The notes beneath the pieces are model-generated. The model was not told the origin of the DNA. It ran no database searches and saw only the letters and a list, made by a program, of their open reading frames with translations. A stretch of 63,975 nt of DNA, filler included, from Collodictyon triciliatum (taxonomy: Eukaryota), in assembly GCA_043381765.1 (NCBI GenBank). It is 4 parts of 4 records of this genome, joined end to end, with 100 filler letters (N's around TTAATTAATTAA, not from the genome) between each part and the next. Parts side by side here need not be neighbours in the genome. Positions count along the whole stretch, not along the records: positions 23,546 to 49,787 come from JBHJMP010001021.1; 3 more parts are not named here. One strand, given 5' to 3'. The translations under genes and the position numbers were made by a program. Below, piece by piece: positions 27,494 through 40,200 of the stretch (within the stretch, counting starts at the first letter, position 1; every line of letters starts with the position of its first letter).

Positions 27494-30400
27494 ATGACCA
27501 CAGCTGCAGAGCCGCTCTGTGTCGAGTTGCAGGCTTTCAAAAGGGAAATCCGCCGGCACTCGAGGGTTCTGGCCCATCACGGCCTTCAAACATCCGCTAA
27601 ATTGTATGCTTTGGAATAATATCAGTACGCTGCTTGGCTGTCTCAAAATTCTTATTTGCAGTTCTTCAGATAAAGCTCGATTATTATTTGGAGCTGCCTT
27701 AACATGCTTTTTTTCCCCTTCTTTCTGGTTTCCTCTTTAAACATGGCATCTGGCGAGAATACATATGAGATTATTATTATTAGTATTATTATTGCTAAAT
27801 CCTATATAATTAGTCTGACAAATCTCCTTGTTGGGGTGCCCTCCAAGAACGAGTCTAATGAGCTTAAGGTACTAATCGATATGTTTAACCAGGCATTTTC
27901 ACTCAAATATAAGATACTTCAAAAACATAAAAACTATCCACCATCCACCATCCCGCATAGCCTGGTGCATGACAATACAATCTCCCTAATCAATCAGTTT
28001 AGATCAATATATTTATTATTATCAAAGGACCCGCTCTGGAGACAATATCCTCTATTTGGCCCTGCTGCCAGGATTCAGGAAATCTTCTGGTCTCCCCCAG
28101 AATTTGAAGAAGACAGCGATGAGGTAATATCATTTGCCTCCATCTTCCAACATCTTCACCATTCTGCACAAAATTGAAAGGAAGAATAAAAAAATCATTT
28201 GCCTCCATCTTAAAATAAAAATTTAAGATGGTTCATTTTAAACAAAATCCACATCCACATCCACATCCACATCCACATCCACATCCACATCCACATCCAC
28301 ATCCACATCCACATCCACATCCACATCCACATCTACATCTACATCTACATCTACATCTACATCTACATCTACATCTACATCTACATCTACATCTACATCT
28401 ACATCTACATCTACATCTACATCTACATCTACATCTACATCTACATCTACATCTACATCTACATCTACATCTACATCTACATCTACATCTAAATCTACAT
28501 CTACATCTACATTCAGCTTCCCTTTTTTTTCTTCAGAAAAATTATTTTTGTCACTCATGACATACTGAGCTAAAATAGTGTCTATTTTTATTTCTGAGGT
28601 CTCATTAATTCAATCCACACATTCCTCTGACTTATATATTGCCATTTATTGCAATTTTTGGTCAACATCAAACATATTCTCACATTTGCATCTTTATATG
28701 AAAATATTACACAATAATATGTTCATGTTTATATCAGAACGACAAATACCTGTATGCCAAATCTCTCTTTGATTTGAGAGAGTACGGGAGAGCAGCTCAT
28801 CAGCTCCAAGGTTGTTCTCGTTCAGATAATGTTTTCCTGAGACTCTACAGTTTGTTCCTCGTAAGTATTTTTCTTGTATGTTTTGTTTTGTTTTAAAAAC
28901 CTCCCTCTTATCCGAATTTTAATAACACCGCCCTTTAATCATTTTTGTCATTAACCTACTTACTTCGCCAACCGAAAGAGTCTAGTACAAGAATAATTCT
29001 TAAATTTATCATAAAATTGCCAAAGGATGGAGAGAGAAAGAGACAGCAGGAAATCGAGGAAAGAGAGGGTAATTTTCGCATCTAACAACACCTATCACAT
29101 CTAAAAACTAAGTTACATTTTTTTGAAGACCAACCTGAAGGTGCAATAAAAAACCCGAATATCTCTTTGATACTGGATACTTTGAACCACTTGAGGTCTT
29201 CCGAAGGGCTTGACCCGCTTTTAGAATTTCTGTAAGTTTTGAGAAATTTATCTCTCAAATCATAAGTTTTTTTTTTATGTTTGGAGCGATATAGTATGTA
29301 AATAATTGTACATATGTTTTAGAGAAGGTATTTCACTCTTGGCTGTCAAAAAGAAACCAGAAGCAGTAAAATGTCTTTGTAAGTATACACAGCTGTTCTT
29401 CCCTCATCTTGGAATCCTCATGGGCGGGTTAATTTGATAACCAATCCATATATTGTCCTAGTTTATTAATTTTTATTCACCCAGTTTATAAAATTTATTT
29501 CCTTGATAGCATCATCATTCCGTCGCTATCCATGGAACTGTGGTGTCATGATGGAGCTTGTGGAAGCTCAAGATAGCTTGAAAAATGTAAGAAACTTACA
29601 CTCACTTAAATTATTCAACTTGACTGCTGGTTTATTCAGATGATAATGATACTAATAATAATACTAATAATAATACTAATAATAATACTAATAATAATAC
29701 TAATAATAATACTAATAATAATACTAATAATAATACTAATAATAATACTAATAATGATACTAATAATAATACTAATACTAGTAATAATAATAATAACTCA
29801 ATTGTAAAAGGGACTAAAACTCACTTTTGGGGAACACTGGATGTCTCTATTTTATTCTGCGTCGATATATGACAAATTTCAAGAAAGTGACAGAGTATGT
29901 GATAAGAGTTTTATTCCTACTTTGAGAATTTTTTTATATCCAGATGTAAAGATAAGAAAAAAAAGCTAAAAACTAATATTCTGTAAGATATAATAATCAA
30001 ATTACTTCATGATGTGAGTTTTCTTACATATTGACGCATTATTTAAGACAATCGGATTTTATCGTGCTCTTGAGGAATTATTTCCAAAAAGGTTTGAATA
30101 AATGTGATATATTCGCTTGTGCGAGAAAAATAATACCAGGCTTTTATATATATCCTATGAACTTTAACTCTGCAGCACTGAGGTTAAAACGAGAGCTGCA
30201 CTTGCAAGATACAACTGCCTTCGTAAGATACAATACATCATTTATTATTTTTGATTTGGCTCATCCTCTACCTAAACACAACATCGCTAACGTCAGAGTA
30301 TATTTCGTTTTAATATTTGGATATGCAAACTGGATTACAGAATATGACAAAGCCAGAATTGAATTTGAAGAAATCATTCGAGCTGACCCATTTCAAATCG

Positions 30401-32659
30401 ACAGCATGGACGCTTACGCAGACATTCTATACCTGTCGGATGACCATGTAATTGCATCGCTTTTGTCGGACATATTTTAATATAAGATAGTTTACCTTAA
30501 AATGCGCACACAGCTTTCCGTATATATACGTTTTTTTTTTTTTTGAAATAAGCAGAATTATTTTTAGCAGTTTATTTCAAATATTAAATTGTCAATATTT
30601 GTAACCTTCCAAATTTGTTACAAACTCAAACGAAAGGCCCTCTTAAACCACCTGGCTCTACGCATGCATTCTATCGACAAATATACCCCAGAAACGTGCA
30701 ATACCATCAGTCTGTGGCTCAATTTTCTTGTTTGCCATTCTCCCTTCTTTCATTACCACCAATTTGTTGAGACGATACATGCATGCACGCATGCTTAGGG
30801 GAGAACAGACGAATCGTTACTAATACTTTTAAATGAAAATTCAGCAAACTCTCATATTCTGAAAGGAGAATACGAAAAGGCTATTGATGTGTGCGCTCGA
30901 GCTGTGACACTCGATAATAGGAATTGCCGAGGTATTTCAGAACTTCTATTATTACTATTTTAATTCTTTTTTTTTTTTTTGATATACCGCATGTAACTCA
31001 CATTTCGAAGTCGGTGTCTCAATTTTATATTTCATTCTTTCTTCTGTCCTCCATTTTACTATCTATCTTTTTCTATCCTTCTTTCTCCTTTTTCTCTTGA
31101 CATGAATTAGCATGGATGTTGATGGGCCAAGTGTATTTTGAGCTCAAACAACCAGAAAATGCAATTAAAGCTTACCGAAAGTCCATTGGTAAGATTTAGA
31201 ACAAGAACACAATATAGGGAATCCATCATATCCTTTTTAAGATAAAGCACATCCATATTCAACAAAAGAATATTTTTCTCACTATCAAATAATTTATGGC
31301 GGTATACTCCCTCTCTGTGTTCTGTCTGGACGCTGTGGTGGATTTAGATATCAATCCATTCAACTTCAAATCCTGGAATGGAATCGGACTGGCTTACGAG
31401 CTCTGTGGAATGCCATTCTATGCCATAAGCTATTTTCAAAAATTTGCGTCTATTCGGTTTGTCACCAACCAATTGAAGTTCATTGAGAGCAATTTCTTCT
31501 CTCTTTTTTTTTTTCCTTCCCGCTGAATGATAACATTACTTTGTCGTCAGTAGATGCATGCACCACCCCGATTTGCATATGCCTTATTATTTCATTCTAG
31601 TTTCCTACAAAATTAATTAATTAATTAATTATTTAGACCAAATGATGGCCGCGCATGGCATGCGCTTACAGAAGTTTATGAGAAGGCCGGAAATATGGAA
31701 TCTGCCTTGCAGTGCGCAAAGAGGGCGTACTCCTGCGACTCTGCATCCGATGTATATTTATTACAGGTAAAGATTCTGAATGCTAGGACATCAGCAAACT
31801 GTTCTTCCCCTTTCTTTCAAAAGTAGAGATAATAAAATATGAAGCGATAAATAATCAGAGATGGGTGATGAACAAATAATGATGCCATGTTGCTAACTAA
31901 TATATCATTACACACGCATATACCAACCATCAATTCTCTAAAGCTCGCCAAACTTTGTGAGGGCCACTCACCAAGTGAAGCGCGAGTTTTGTACGAAAAG
32001 ATTCTTCAGAGGCACTCCGATTCAAATGTTAATTTTTGTTGTCATATTCCTCACTACCTTTATGTTTGCACATTTCATGCTTTCTATTCATATTTCCTTT
32101 CCCTTGTCTGTTCATTTTTCCATTTTTTTTCTTTTGGGTATCTATCACTATAGCATCCATTTCGAAGTTTCCCTTCAGTTAAGGGACATCCGTAGTTATA
32201 TATGTTTTGATTTACACATTGAATGTCTTTTTTTTTTTTAATACCGAAATTATGAAATTTGGAAAACACAGAGCGGGCCTCAACTTGGAGGGCTCGATAT
32301 AAAGACTTGTCTTGTGTATCTTGCCAGGTCGTACATAGCGGAGGGTGACATCTCCAAGGCTGAGCCATACTACCTGCGGTTGTTAGACTACTCCGGTCCT
32401 GTAAGTTGCTTCAAAAAGCTCCCGTTTCAATTGATCAGGAGGTCATAAAAGAGATGGATTTTATTCTTCGTATAATATTAATTGGTTTTTTTTTTAATTT
32501 GGAATTCAACATATTAACACCCATAAACGTTGACTCTGCCAGGAAAAGGACGAAATCCACATCCAAATCGAAAACCTAAGGGCGAGAGCATCGCGGGCGT
32601 CCATGTCCAATATTCCCAAGTCAAAGCCTAAACCAAGACGGCTAGAGTGGGATTCTTGA
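27494..32659 (+). CDS. CDC23: Anaphase-promoting complex subunit 8 (Cdc23), TPR protein
   Basis: Spliced: HHGLQTSAKF..KYLYAKSLFDLREYGRAAH..FLRLYSLFLDGERK..YPWN..DPFQIDSMDAYADILY..DKYTPETC..AWMLMGQVYFELK..WNGIGLAYEL..MPFYA..RPNDGRAW. Confidence 0.9.
28147..28193 (+). mobile_element. Very short A-tailed insertion with an 18-bp flanking duplication (putative truncated retroposon)
   Basis: ATCATTTGCCTCCATCTT at 28129-28146 and 28194-28211; the core is related to copies at 18489-18512 and 19717-19740. Confidence 0.6.
28247..28511. repeat. Compound hexamer microsatellite (CCACAT)n switching to (CTACAT)n, intronic
   Basis: Directly visible. Confidence 0.95.
29642..29795. repeat. (AATAATAATACT)n tandem repeat, intronic
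   Basis: Directly visible. Confidence 0.9.
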
Positions 32660-32799
32660 ATAGAACACCCATCTTCCATGATAAAAAGAAATGAGGTGTA
32701 AAATGGTTGCATAAGCAAACGAAAAAGGGTTAAATGCTTGTATTTCAAAAGCTTGATTATAGATATTATATATTCTAAAAGTTTCTTTTCGGATAAGAA

Positions 32800-32881
32800 G
32801 GTCGGATGGCCGAGCGGTCTAAGGCGCTGGTTTAAGGCACCAGTCTCTTCGGGGGCGTGGGTTCAAATCCCACTTCGGCCA
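32800..32881 (+). tRNA. tRNA-Leu(AAG)
   Basis: Acceptor GGTCGGA/TTCGGCC, D-arm GCCGAGCGGTCTAAGGC, anticodon arm CTGGT-TTAAGGC-ACCAG, long variable arm, T-arm GTGGG-TTCAAAT-CCCAC. Confidence 0.96.
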
Positions 32882-32886
32882 GTTAG

Positions 32887-32892
32887 TTTTTT
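32887..32892 (+). terminator. Pol III oligo(T) terminator of tRNA-Leu
   Basis: A T6 run immediately downstream of the tRNA. Confidence 0.75.
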
Positions 32893-33252
32893 GCATCGGG
32901 TGTCCTGACAGGGAACGGGAGGCAAGCGGGAACCATCTATATCCCTGTCTCTTTTTGACCGCAGTAACCAGGGAGTTCCCGAAGAGCACGGGTGTGCGCA
33001 AGTGGCGGACACAATGCAGGCGAGCAAGACCACACGCGCCCCTGTATTATAGACACAAATACTTTGATCTGCATTTCTCACGCAGATTGTGTCTCTGCGC
33101 TGTCCAACCAAAGACATGCCAGAGACTCGAGCCATGCAACGAACTACCGAACCAAAACAAAGCACGGAGGAAGGGCAAGAGATCAATAACTGGCAGCGAA
33201 GCAGGGACTAACCAGACGCAGCACAAACACAGCCAGCAGCAGCACACACAGA

Positions 33253-34518
33253 ATGACGAGCCACACCGGAGACTTCCGCCAGATCAAAAACATCGCCACA
33301 AAGACACACATGGGGACCCGCGTGGAGTCCACCATCGACGACTTCAACGCCGCCTTTGACGAGACGAAGGGCGCCACAGCCGAGGATCGGTTAGTGGGAG
33401 CAAAACGACCGCCTTTATGCTTCTCTCTTTTTTCTTTTTTTTTTGTCTGTGCCTGTGTGCGTGTCGATCGCCACCGTCCAGTTTTTCTAACGCAGCCTCT
33501 CCGCCGCCCGCAGGAAGGCAAACTACATGAAGATCGTGAATCAGTACTACGACTTGGTGACAGACTTCTACGAGTACGGGTGGGGCCAGTCGTTCCACTT
33601 TGCACCGCGCCACAAGGCAAGACACTTGACACTTGACACTTGACACTTGACACTTGACACTTGACACTTGAGACCCAACCCCTGACCCCTGACCCGCGGC
33701 GCACACCCCAGTTCGAAGGCCTGCAGGCGTCCCTGGCGCGGCACGAGATGTACCTGGCGCACCGGCTGAATCTGCAGGCCGGGCAGCAGGTGCTGGACGT
33801 GGGCTGCGGCGTGGGCGGCCCTGCGCGGACGATCGCGCTGTTCAGCGGGGCGGAGGTGACCGGGGTCAACAACAACGCGTACCAGCTGCAGCGGGCGACG
33901 AAGCTGACGGCGGAGGCGAACCTGAGCCACCAGGTACGGTACCTGCAGACGGACTTTATGCAGGTGCCCAAGGAGGACGGGGCGTACGACGCCATCTACG
34001 CGATCGAGGCGACGTGCCACGCGCCGGACAAGGTGGGGATCTACTCGGAGCTGTACCGGCTGCTGAAGCCGGGGGGCCTGTTTGCGGCGTTCGAGTGGGT
34101 GATGACGGGCAAGTACGACGCGGACAACGCGCAGCACCGGGCCATCAAGCTGGGCATCGAGAACGGCGACGGGCTGCCGGACCTCGTGACGGGCGACGTG
34201 GTCACAGACGCGCTGCAGAAGGTCGGCTTCAGCGTCCTGGACGTCCAGGATCTGGCCCTGACCGGCGACATCCCCTGGTACCAGCCGCTCGTCGGCTCCT
34301 GGTCCTCGCTCGACGGCTTCAAGTCCACCTATGCCGGCCGCTTCCTCACCGACAAGATGGTCCGCGTCCTCGAGACCCTGCGCCTCGCCCCGGCCGGCTC
34401 CTCCAAGGTCCACGACATGCTCATTGTCGCCGCAGACTCCCTTGTCGAGGGCGGCCAGCTCGGCATCTTCACCCCCTGCTTCTTCTTCCTGGCCCGCAAG
34501 CCCCTCGACGCCCGCTGA
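33253..34518 (+). CDS. SMT1: Sterol 24-C-methyltransferase (ERG6/SMT1 family)
   Basis: Three exons: [57 protein letters not shown]. Intron 2 is GC-AG (33617-33711). Confidence 0.96.
33620..33670. repeat. (GACACTT)n heptamer tandem repeat inside the GC-AG intron
   Basis: Directly visible. Confidence 0.9.
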
Positions 34519-34656
34519 CCCGCCCTAAACGCCCCGCCCCGCATGGCTGCCATGCTGCCTGTGCCTGCATCTGTCTCGTTGTCTCGTTGTCTCTTGGTCT
34601 GTTTATGTGGGGCCCGCAGCCGGGGTTTCCGCCGTGTCGGTCGCGCGGGCCTCTGC

Positions 34657-35234
34657 TTACTCGGGGGTGCCTGTGGTTGCCGTGCGGATGATCTGCACAA
34701 GGGCTGTAGAGGCGTGTGTGAGTGTTGCTGTTGGTGTGGACGTTTTCTTGCGTGGGTTCGGGGTTGCGTTCGGCGCTTACATGACCCGATCACGACAAAG
34801 ACAAAGAAGCCGATCAGGTACGGGTTGATGGGCCACTTGCTCTCCTCCTTGGCCTGTGGTTCTGGATCAGTCGCCCGAAGAGGAATGCCCTTGCTCATGC
34901 ATACGTCTGTGTTAAAGAGGACAAAATGAGGCGCTTGCCTTGGACGACGTCTGCACGTTTCCTCGCTTCGTGACGTTCTTATGGAACTGCTGGTTCTTCA
35001 GGCGCATCTGTCCCCCCTGTCATAGAAATCTGTGTGTGAGTGTCGGTGCGGGCATCTATGTGTGCATGTGGAAAGGGAGCCGCAGTGACAGCAGTTCAGG
35101 CCAGGTGGGGCTTGGGGAGTCGACCAAAAACTTCGTGGAGAGGCCAGGTGCCTCTCATAAAACGTCGATTCGAACAACAATACATACAAAAGAGTTGAAA
35201 GACCAGGAGTTTTATGTGTAAAACTTACGGCCAT
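34657..35234 (-). CDS. SERP1: Stress-associated ER protein RAMP4/SERP1
   Basis: Four exons give MAISMTGGQMRLKNQQFHKNVTKRGNVQTSSKAKEESKWPINPYLIGFFVFVVIGSSLVQIIRTATTGTPE*. Intron 34854-34938 is GC-AG. Confidence 0.92.
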
Positions 35235-35301
35235 GGCTTCTTTGTGTCCAAATTGCTCTTGTCTGTGCGCTTGTGTTGGGGGTTGGCCCTCTAGTGGTGG
35301 C

Positions 35302-35368
35302 GTCAGTGATGAAGAGGAGTGTTTTGACGATGCTGACAGTGATCGAATACATTCTTTTGCCTGATACT
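35302..35368 (+). ncRNA. Possible box C/D snoRNA
   Basis: GTGATGA 35306-35312, CTGA 35333-35336, GTGATCGA 35339-35346, CTGA 35361-35364; no target verified. Confidence 0.3.
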
Positions 35369-37284
35369 TGTCAAACAGTAAACTGGCTCTTTCTCTCTCT
35401 CTCCCTCTTTCTACATAGTGGATTTACATATAGCATCTTCTAAGCTCACAGGGCTTTTAGGACCCGAAGCGACAATTGACCGTACCACATGAATAGAATG
35501 GTGATTATTTGCTGCTCACCTCGCCTTCCCTTCACTTAAGTTTTCCTTTTGTTTTAATAAATAAATAAAATATAGAGAACACCAAGTCACCCCAAAGGTG
35601 CACCCAAGAAAACTCCAAGAAACAGGTTTCATTATGAAATCAGCGAGCACAAGGAAGCTTCTAGACCCGAAGCAAACCAACGCACTCGCTGGAAAAGGAA
35701 ACAGCGAAGAAATCTTGACAGAGTGCTTATTTGTTATGTATTTTGTGCCTTTGTACCAGCAGCGAAGGCTGCGGAGCAACGACCTCACGATCTCTGACAA
35801 ACTGCGAAGTGATCGGGACGCCTTCCCATCCACCGCGTTCTTCTGCGCCTCTTTGCTTCGGCCTTCCCACTCTTGCTGTTCTGGCTGCGGGTTTTCATCA
35901 AATTTGTTTTACACTTGGCTGCAAATCGCACAGTGCTGATTTGTGAGATTTGTTGATCTTTGAGTTCTGCGGCGTTTACATAATTAGACTAGTTCATTGA
36001 ATGTACTAAGTTGTAATGCATGATTGAGAAATATCTGAAATAATTCCAGAAATAGATATAGAGGGAGCAAGCGCTTTAATCAATTGTACTCGCTGTATTT
36101 TTATCGTTTTGCGGCTACAGAAGATCAGTGCCGGAGTCGTGTTTCGTGTTGCCTGATGTTACAAACAGAGGTTCATGCCGATGAGATTTCTGAGGCATTC
36201 TTGCAATTTATCCTCCAAAAAATAAAAAATAGAACAGAATAGAACAGAATAGAACAGAACAGAACAGAACAAAACAATACAAAATACAGCTTGTTTCTAC
36301 ACCTGGTATCAATCTTTCAAATGCACGAAGGTTTCATTAAAAATCCTTGAGAAATGAATTCGTGCAACTTTGCATCTCAAAATTACCCTAGACGCATGCA
36401 ATATTGGCTTACTATAATGCATTCAATCGCTGGATGGGCATTGTCAATGAATCATCATATATTAAGGATAATTCAATATCAAACAGTGTCAATGTCAGAT
36501 TACAAGTTAGAAAAATTCAGTTTCAAGGAAAGGAAAAAGCGTTTGGTTCAAAGGCATAAAATTGAAGATGAAAATCTCGGTTGCCCCTTTCTAACCTTCA
36601 TGTGTTTTGCTCACATGGCCCAGTTCTTTTCAAACAATTGCATTACCCTTGCAGGGCACTGCACTTGCCATTTTGTTAACATTTTTCCACGAAAATCGTT
36701 GCACAAAATATAGACTAAGGCATCAAATTTGTCTTTTTACTTATCAATAATCATGCAATATCTGAGGTGTGATAGCTTTAAAATCATCAACCCCGGCATT
36801 CCATGTTATTTGATTATGTTGAACTTAAACATACCATATCAGATGAGTTGAATATGATGGAAGGCCTTTAAATTTTACACAAAGATTTCTCGCAATCACT
36901 AATATTCAGTACCTTAAAAACGAATAGCTCACTCGAAATAGAATTTAAATTCTGTTTAAACCCAGTAAAATGTTAAAAATTTTTTAGTCGCATTGGTTTA
37001 CATAAACCATGAAACCTCCATGCTGAATCATACTTGCATGAAAATGACTTACCAATATGAAAAAAAAAAAAAATAGCTCATGCAATAGTATCTGGTCGTC
37101 AAAGTGATACATTTTCATCATCATGGTATTCACGATATCGAATCTAAAGTCGACAATAGTACACACATCGAAAAAAAAAAAAGAAGAAAAGATGCATTTC
37201 GAAAAGGTTAATTTATTTATTTATTTATTTGTGTACAATCATGTAGGTGTATAAATCCTTATGATTTGGCGCAATAGTTTCCGT

Positions 37285-40200
37285 TCAATCAGCACCTACC
37301 CAAAAGTGCCTCGATGATCCAAAAATATAGGAAGGTGGCACTGATTTTGGTGACGACCCTTTTAATAATAATAGGTATATTAAAAACCCGTTACATGCGT
37401 AATATCTTCACATGATAGTTGAAGAGCTTATGATTTTTATAAATTTTTTGATTATGTTGTCTCATTCTTTTTTAATTTACAGAAGATAAAAACTCACTTA
37501 ATTCTTGTGACTTTCGAGTAAAAATAGGAGTTATGTTCTTGTGACAATCAGAGTTCACGATCTCTGGGGTCATATACTTTGCACAAAAATAGCATCGCAT
37601 CGAAAAACGCTGAAGCTCTTGCTTGTAATCGTTACAAAGGCTAATAAATTATTACGTTATCTCCTTGTATACCTTTTATCCAGAAAAATTGAATCATATG
37701 AATAGTTGCCTATTAATCATACACTATCCCTTTGAATCAAATAAAGGAAAATCTATTTCTCTTCTCATACCCTATCCATTCTTCCATTTCTACTTGGATA
37801 TCAAGCATGGTGTTCTGAGACATTTCCGCATAATTTTGGTGGGCTTCTTGTACTTCGAGATACCTCTCTGATAAATCCTAGGGTGATGTATTTATTAAGT
37901 TTTCTGTACTCAAAATTGATCCGCATTAAGTGTGTTGCAGCTCTTAGCTATTATGCAATTCATTATGTAAAAAAAGAAATCAATATTACTTTTTTGTCTC
38001 TTTCTTGAGAATCAAATCTGGGATGTGAAAATAATAATAAAAATAGTGAATACAGTAACATTTTATTTTTTTCTACATTGATATTATATCCTTGGGAATT
38101 TAAACCGAGTAATAAATCACTAACAAATCAGGAGATACATATCCCTTTCTAAACTGGTTCTCATATTCGTCCGCGTTAACCTCAGGAACCGGCCGAATAG
38201 CCTTTCTTGCCATCTATATGTTTTTGTTTTTAAAACAACACATGTTAATTAACACCTTGAAATTAAGGCATTTTATACATAAGATATGGATGCACGGTTA
38301 AAATGAGCAGCCAAAATAATCACAAAACAGTCGGACAAATGAAATACCTGGTCGCATATTGAGATAATCTGATCATAGCTTGAAAATAGAGACGGGGGCG
38401 ATATTGTAAGAACGTCATTAACGAATGTTTGGATTTGATGGAGCTCGGACTAAATTTGTAAAGGTAAGGAAGGAGATTGCTGACCAATAACACTGAGGGG
38501 TGTGATATTTATGCATATATGATGATTTCGTGTGTGCGCATGTTAAACAAACAATAATCAGACCTTGAGAGCTTCTGACTCCTTGACCATATTCGATGTA
38601 TATCGAGTCTCTAAATTTTGAAGGTGGTCTATAATTCCTTCAATCTCAGACACTAAGGTTGATTGAACTTTGGCTCTTCGTTTTTTAATGTCACTTATAC
38701 AAGTCTCTGTTTTTGAAATCTGACAGAATACATTTCACGTTAAATTTTACAAAAAAAAAAAAAAAAGACAAAAATCCAATTTATTTTTTATTTATGTATG
38801 AACCTAAGACTTAGGGGTTTTTTTATATACTGACTTTAGTATACCAAGGTTACATAAAAATGACGCCCATAATAAGATATTATTTAGTATGATCATATGC
38901 ACATCATGTAATGGTATATAAATCACATTGAAAGATATTCTCTCTTTCTTTGAGGTCAACTTGTCCGTGACATATGCGCGTAGGGTTGAGTGCTTGATTC
39001 GAAAAGCTTCCATGAGCTCGGTAGTGGTGTGACCCTGCATATATACACTAGGTTGCGATGGGGAAAATAATATATTTCTGATTGTATATAAATATATCTA
39101 TCGCTTTTTTCTGGTAATTTTTTTATCGAAAAAAGATGAAGGCATACCATTCCTTGATGCTCTCCTGTCAGTCTGCATTGATTGCAAATCGGGATATTGC
39201 ACGTATCACAATAAAAGCGGGTTACTTCTCTTGGATGATATGCGCAATAGTTTCTCATAACCACGGAAGATGTGTATGGGACCCTGTAATTTAGGTAATG
39301 AAGAGAATGCAGCATTTTCGGTTAGATAAAGAGAAATGTATACGACTAGTTTCCATTTGTATTATAAAATAGACAACAACAAATAAGCAGACAAACAAAC
39401 AAACAAACAAACAAACAAACAAACAAACAAACAAACAAACAAACAAACAAACAAACAAACAAACAAACAAACAAACAAACAAACAAACAAACAAACGAAC
39501 GAACGAACCTCTGATGAACCGAAAATGCGGGAATCATATGACCATTGGTATCGCAGTTGGGGCATAAAATCAAATCGCAGCTGGAGCAATAGCATGTTGC
39601 CCTCATTTTTTCACAACCCTCACAGAGAGGCGGTGCTATGAATTTTTATAGAAAAATGAATCAGAGGTGTACTAAATCAACTTATAAAGCATTTTTCCCA
39701 TATCCTTTTTTTGAAACAAATAAAGGGGAAACTTTTCTCATGGCATTATGTTATCGTAGAAAGACCACTGTCATGTAACGGATTATATTCTATGTGGGCT
39801 GCACTCACAAGTATTTACATTCCCTGCAGAGTATCCAAATATGTTGGAGCTTTTTCCTGACAACCCATATTCTCCGTAACTTGTCGACTGAGGGAAAGTC
39901 AAAGAAGGTGACCTTGGTGGTAGCGGATATAAATGGGAGCTATTCTGTTATTATAAATAGATAAATTAATAAATTAATAAACTAAAGTATGATATTAATC
40001 ACTGATACAACCAATCCTGCGGTACTAGATTACACAGACTCTAAATCTGCATGGTTATAAATTATTTAAGCGATATGTACTGATGGGTTCAAAGAGCTGC
40101 CTTGAGAATCACCAAGACCAAGACCACGACCATAACTTTCTCTGTAAAAAAGAAAGTAGTCAGCACACTTCACCAGCCAATACACACCGCCTTAAAGTCA

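Noticed and set aside
28228-28560. ORFs with poly(HP)/(HL)/(DV), and similar poly-L, poly-I, FLFL, CVCV and KEE ORFs elsewhere
   Set aside because: Read-throughs of intronic or intergenic microsatellites.
33253-34518. GC-rich SMT1 as a contaminant or recent bacterial transfer
   Set aside because: It has spliceosomal introns and eukaryote-type motifs, and its neighbour SERP1 shares the composition.
33183-34898. Long overlapping ORFs on both strands around SMT1 (likewise at 24100-26400)
   Set aside because: Shadow ORFs caused by high GC content; one frame explains each locus.
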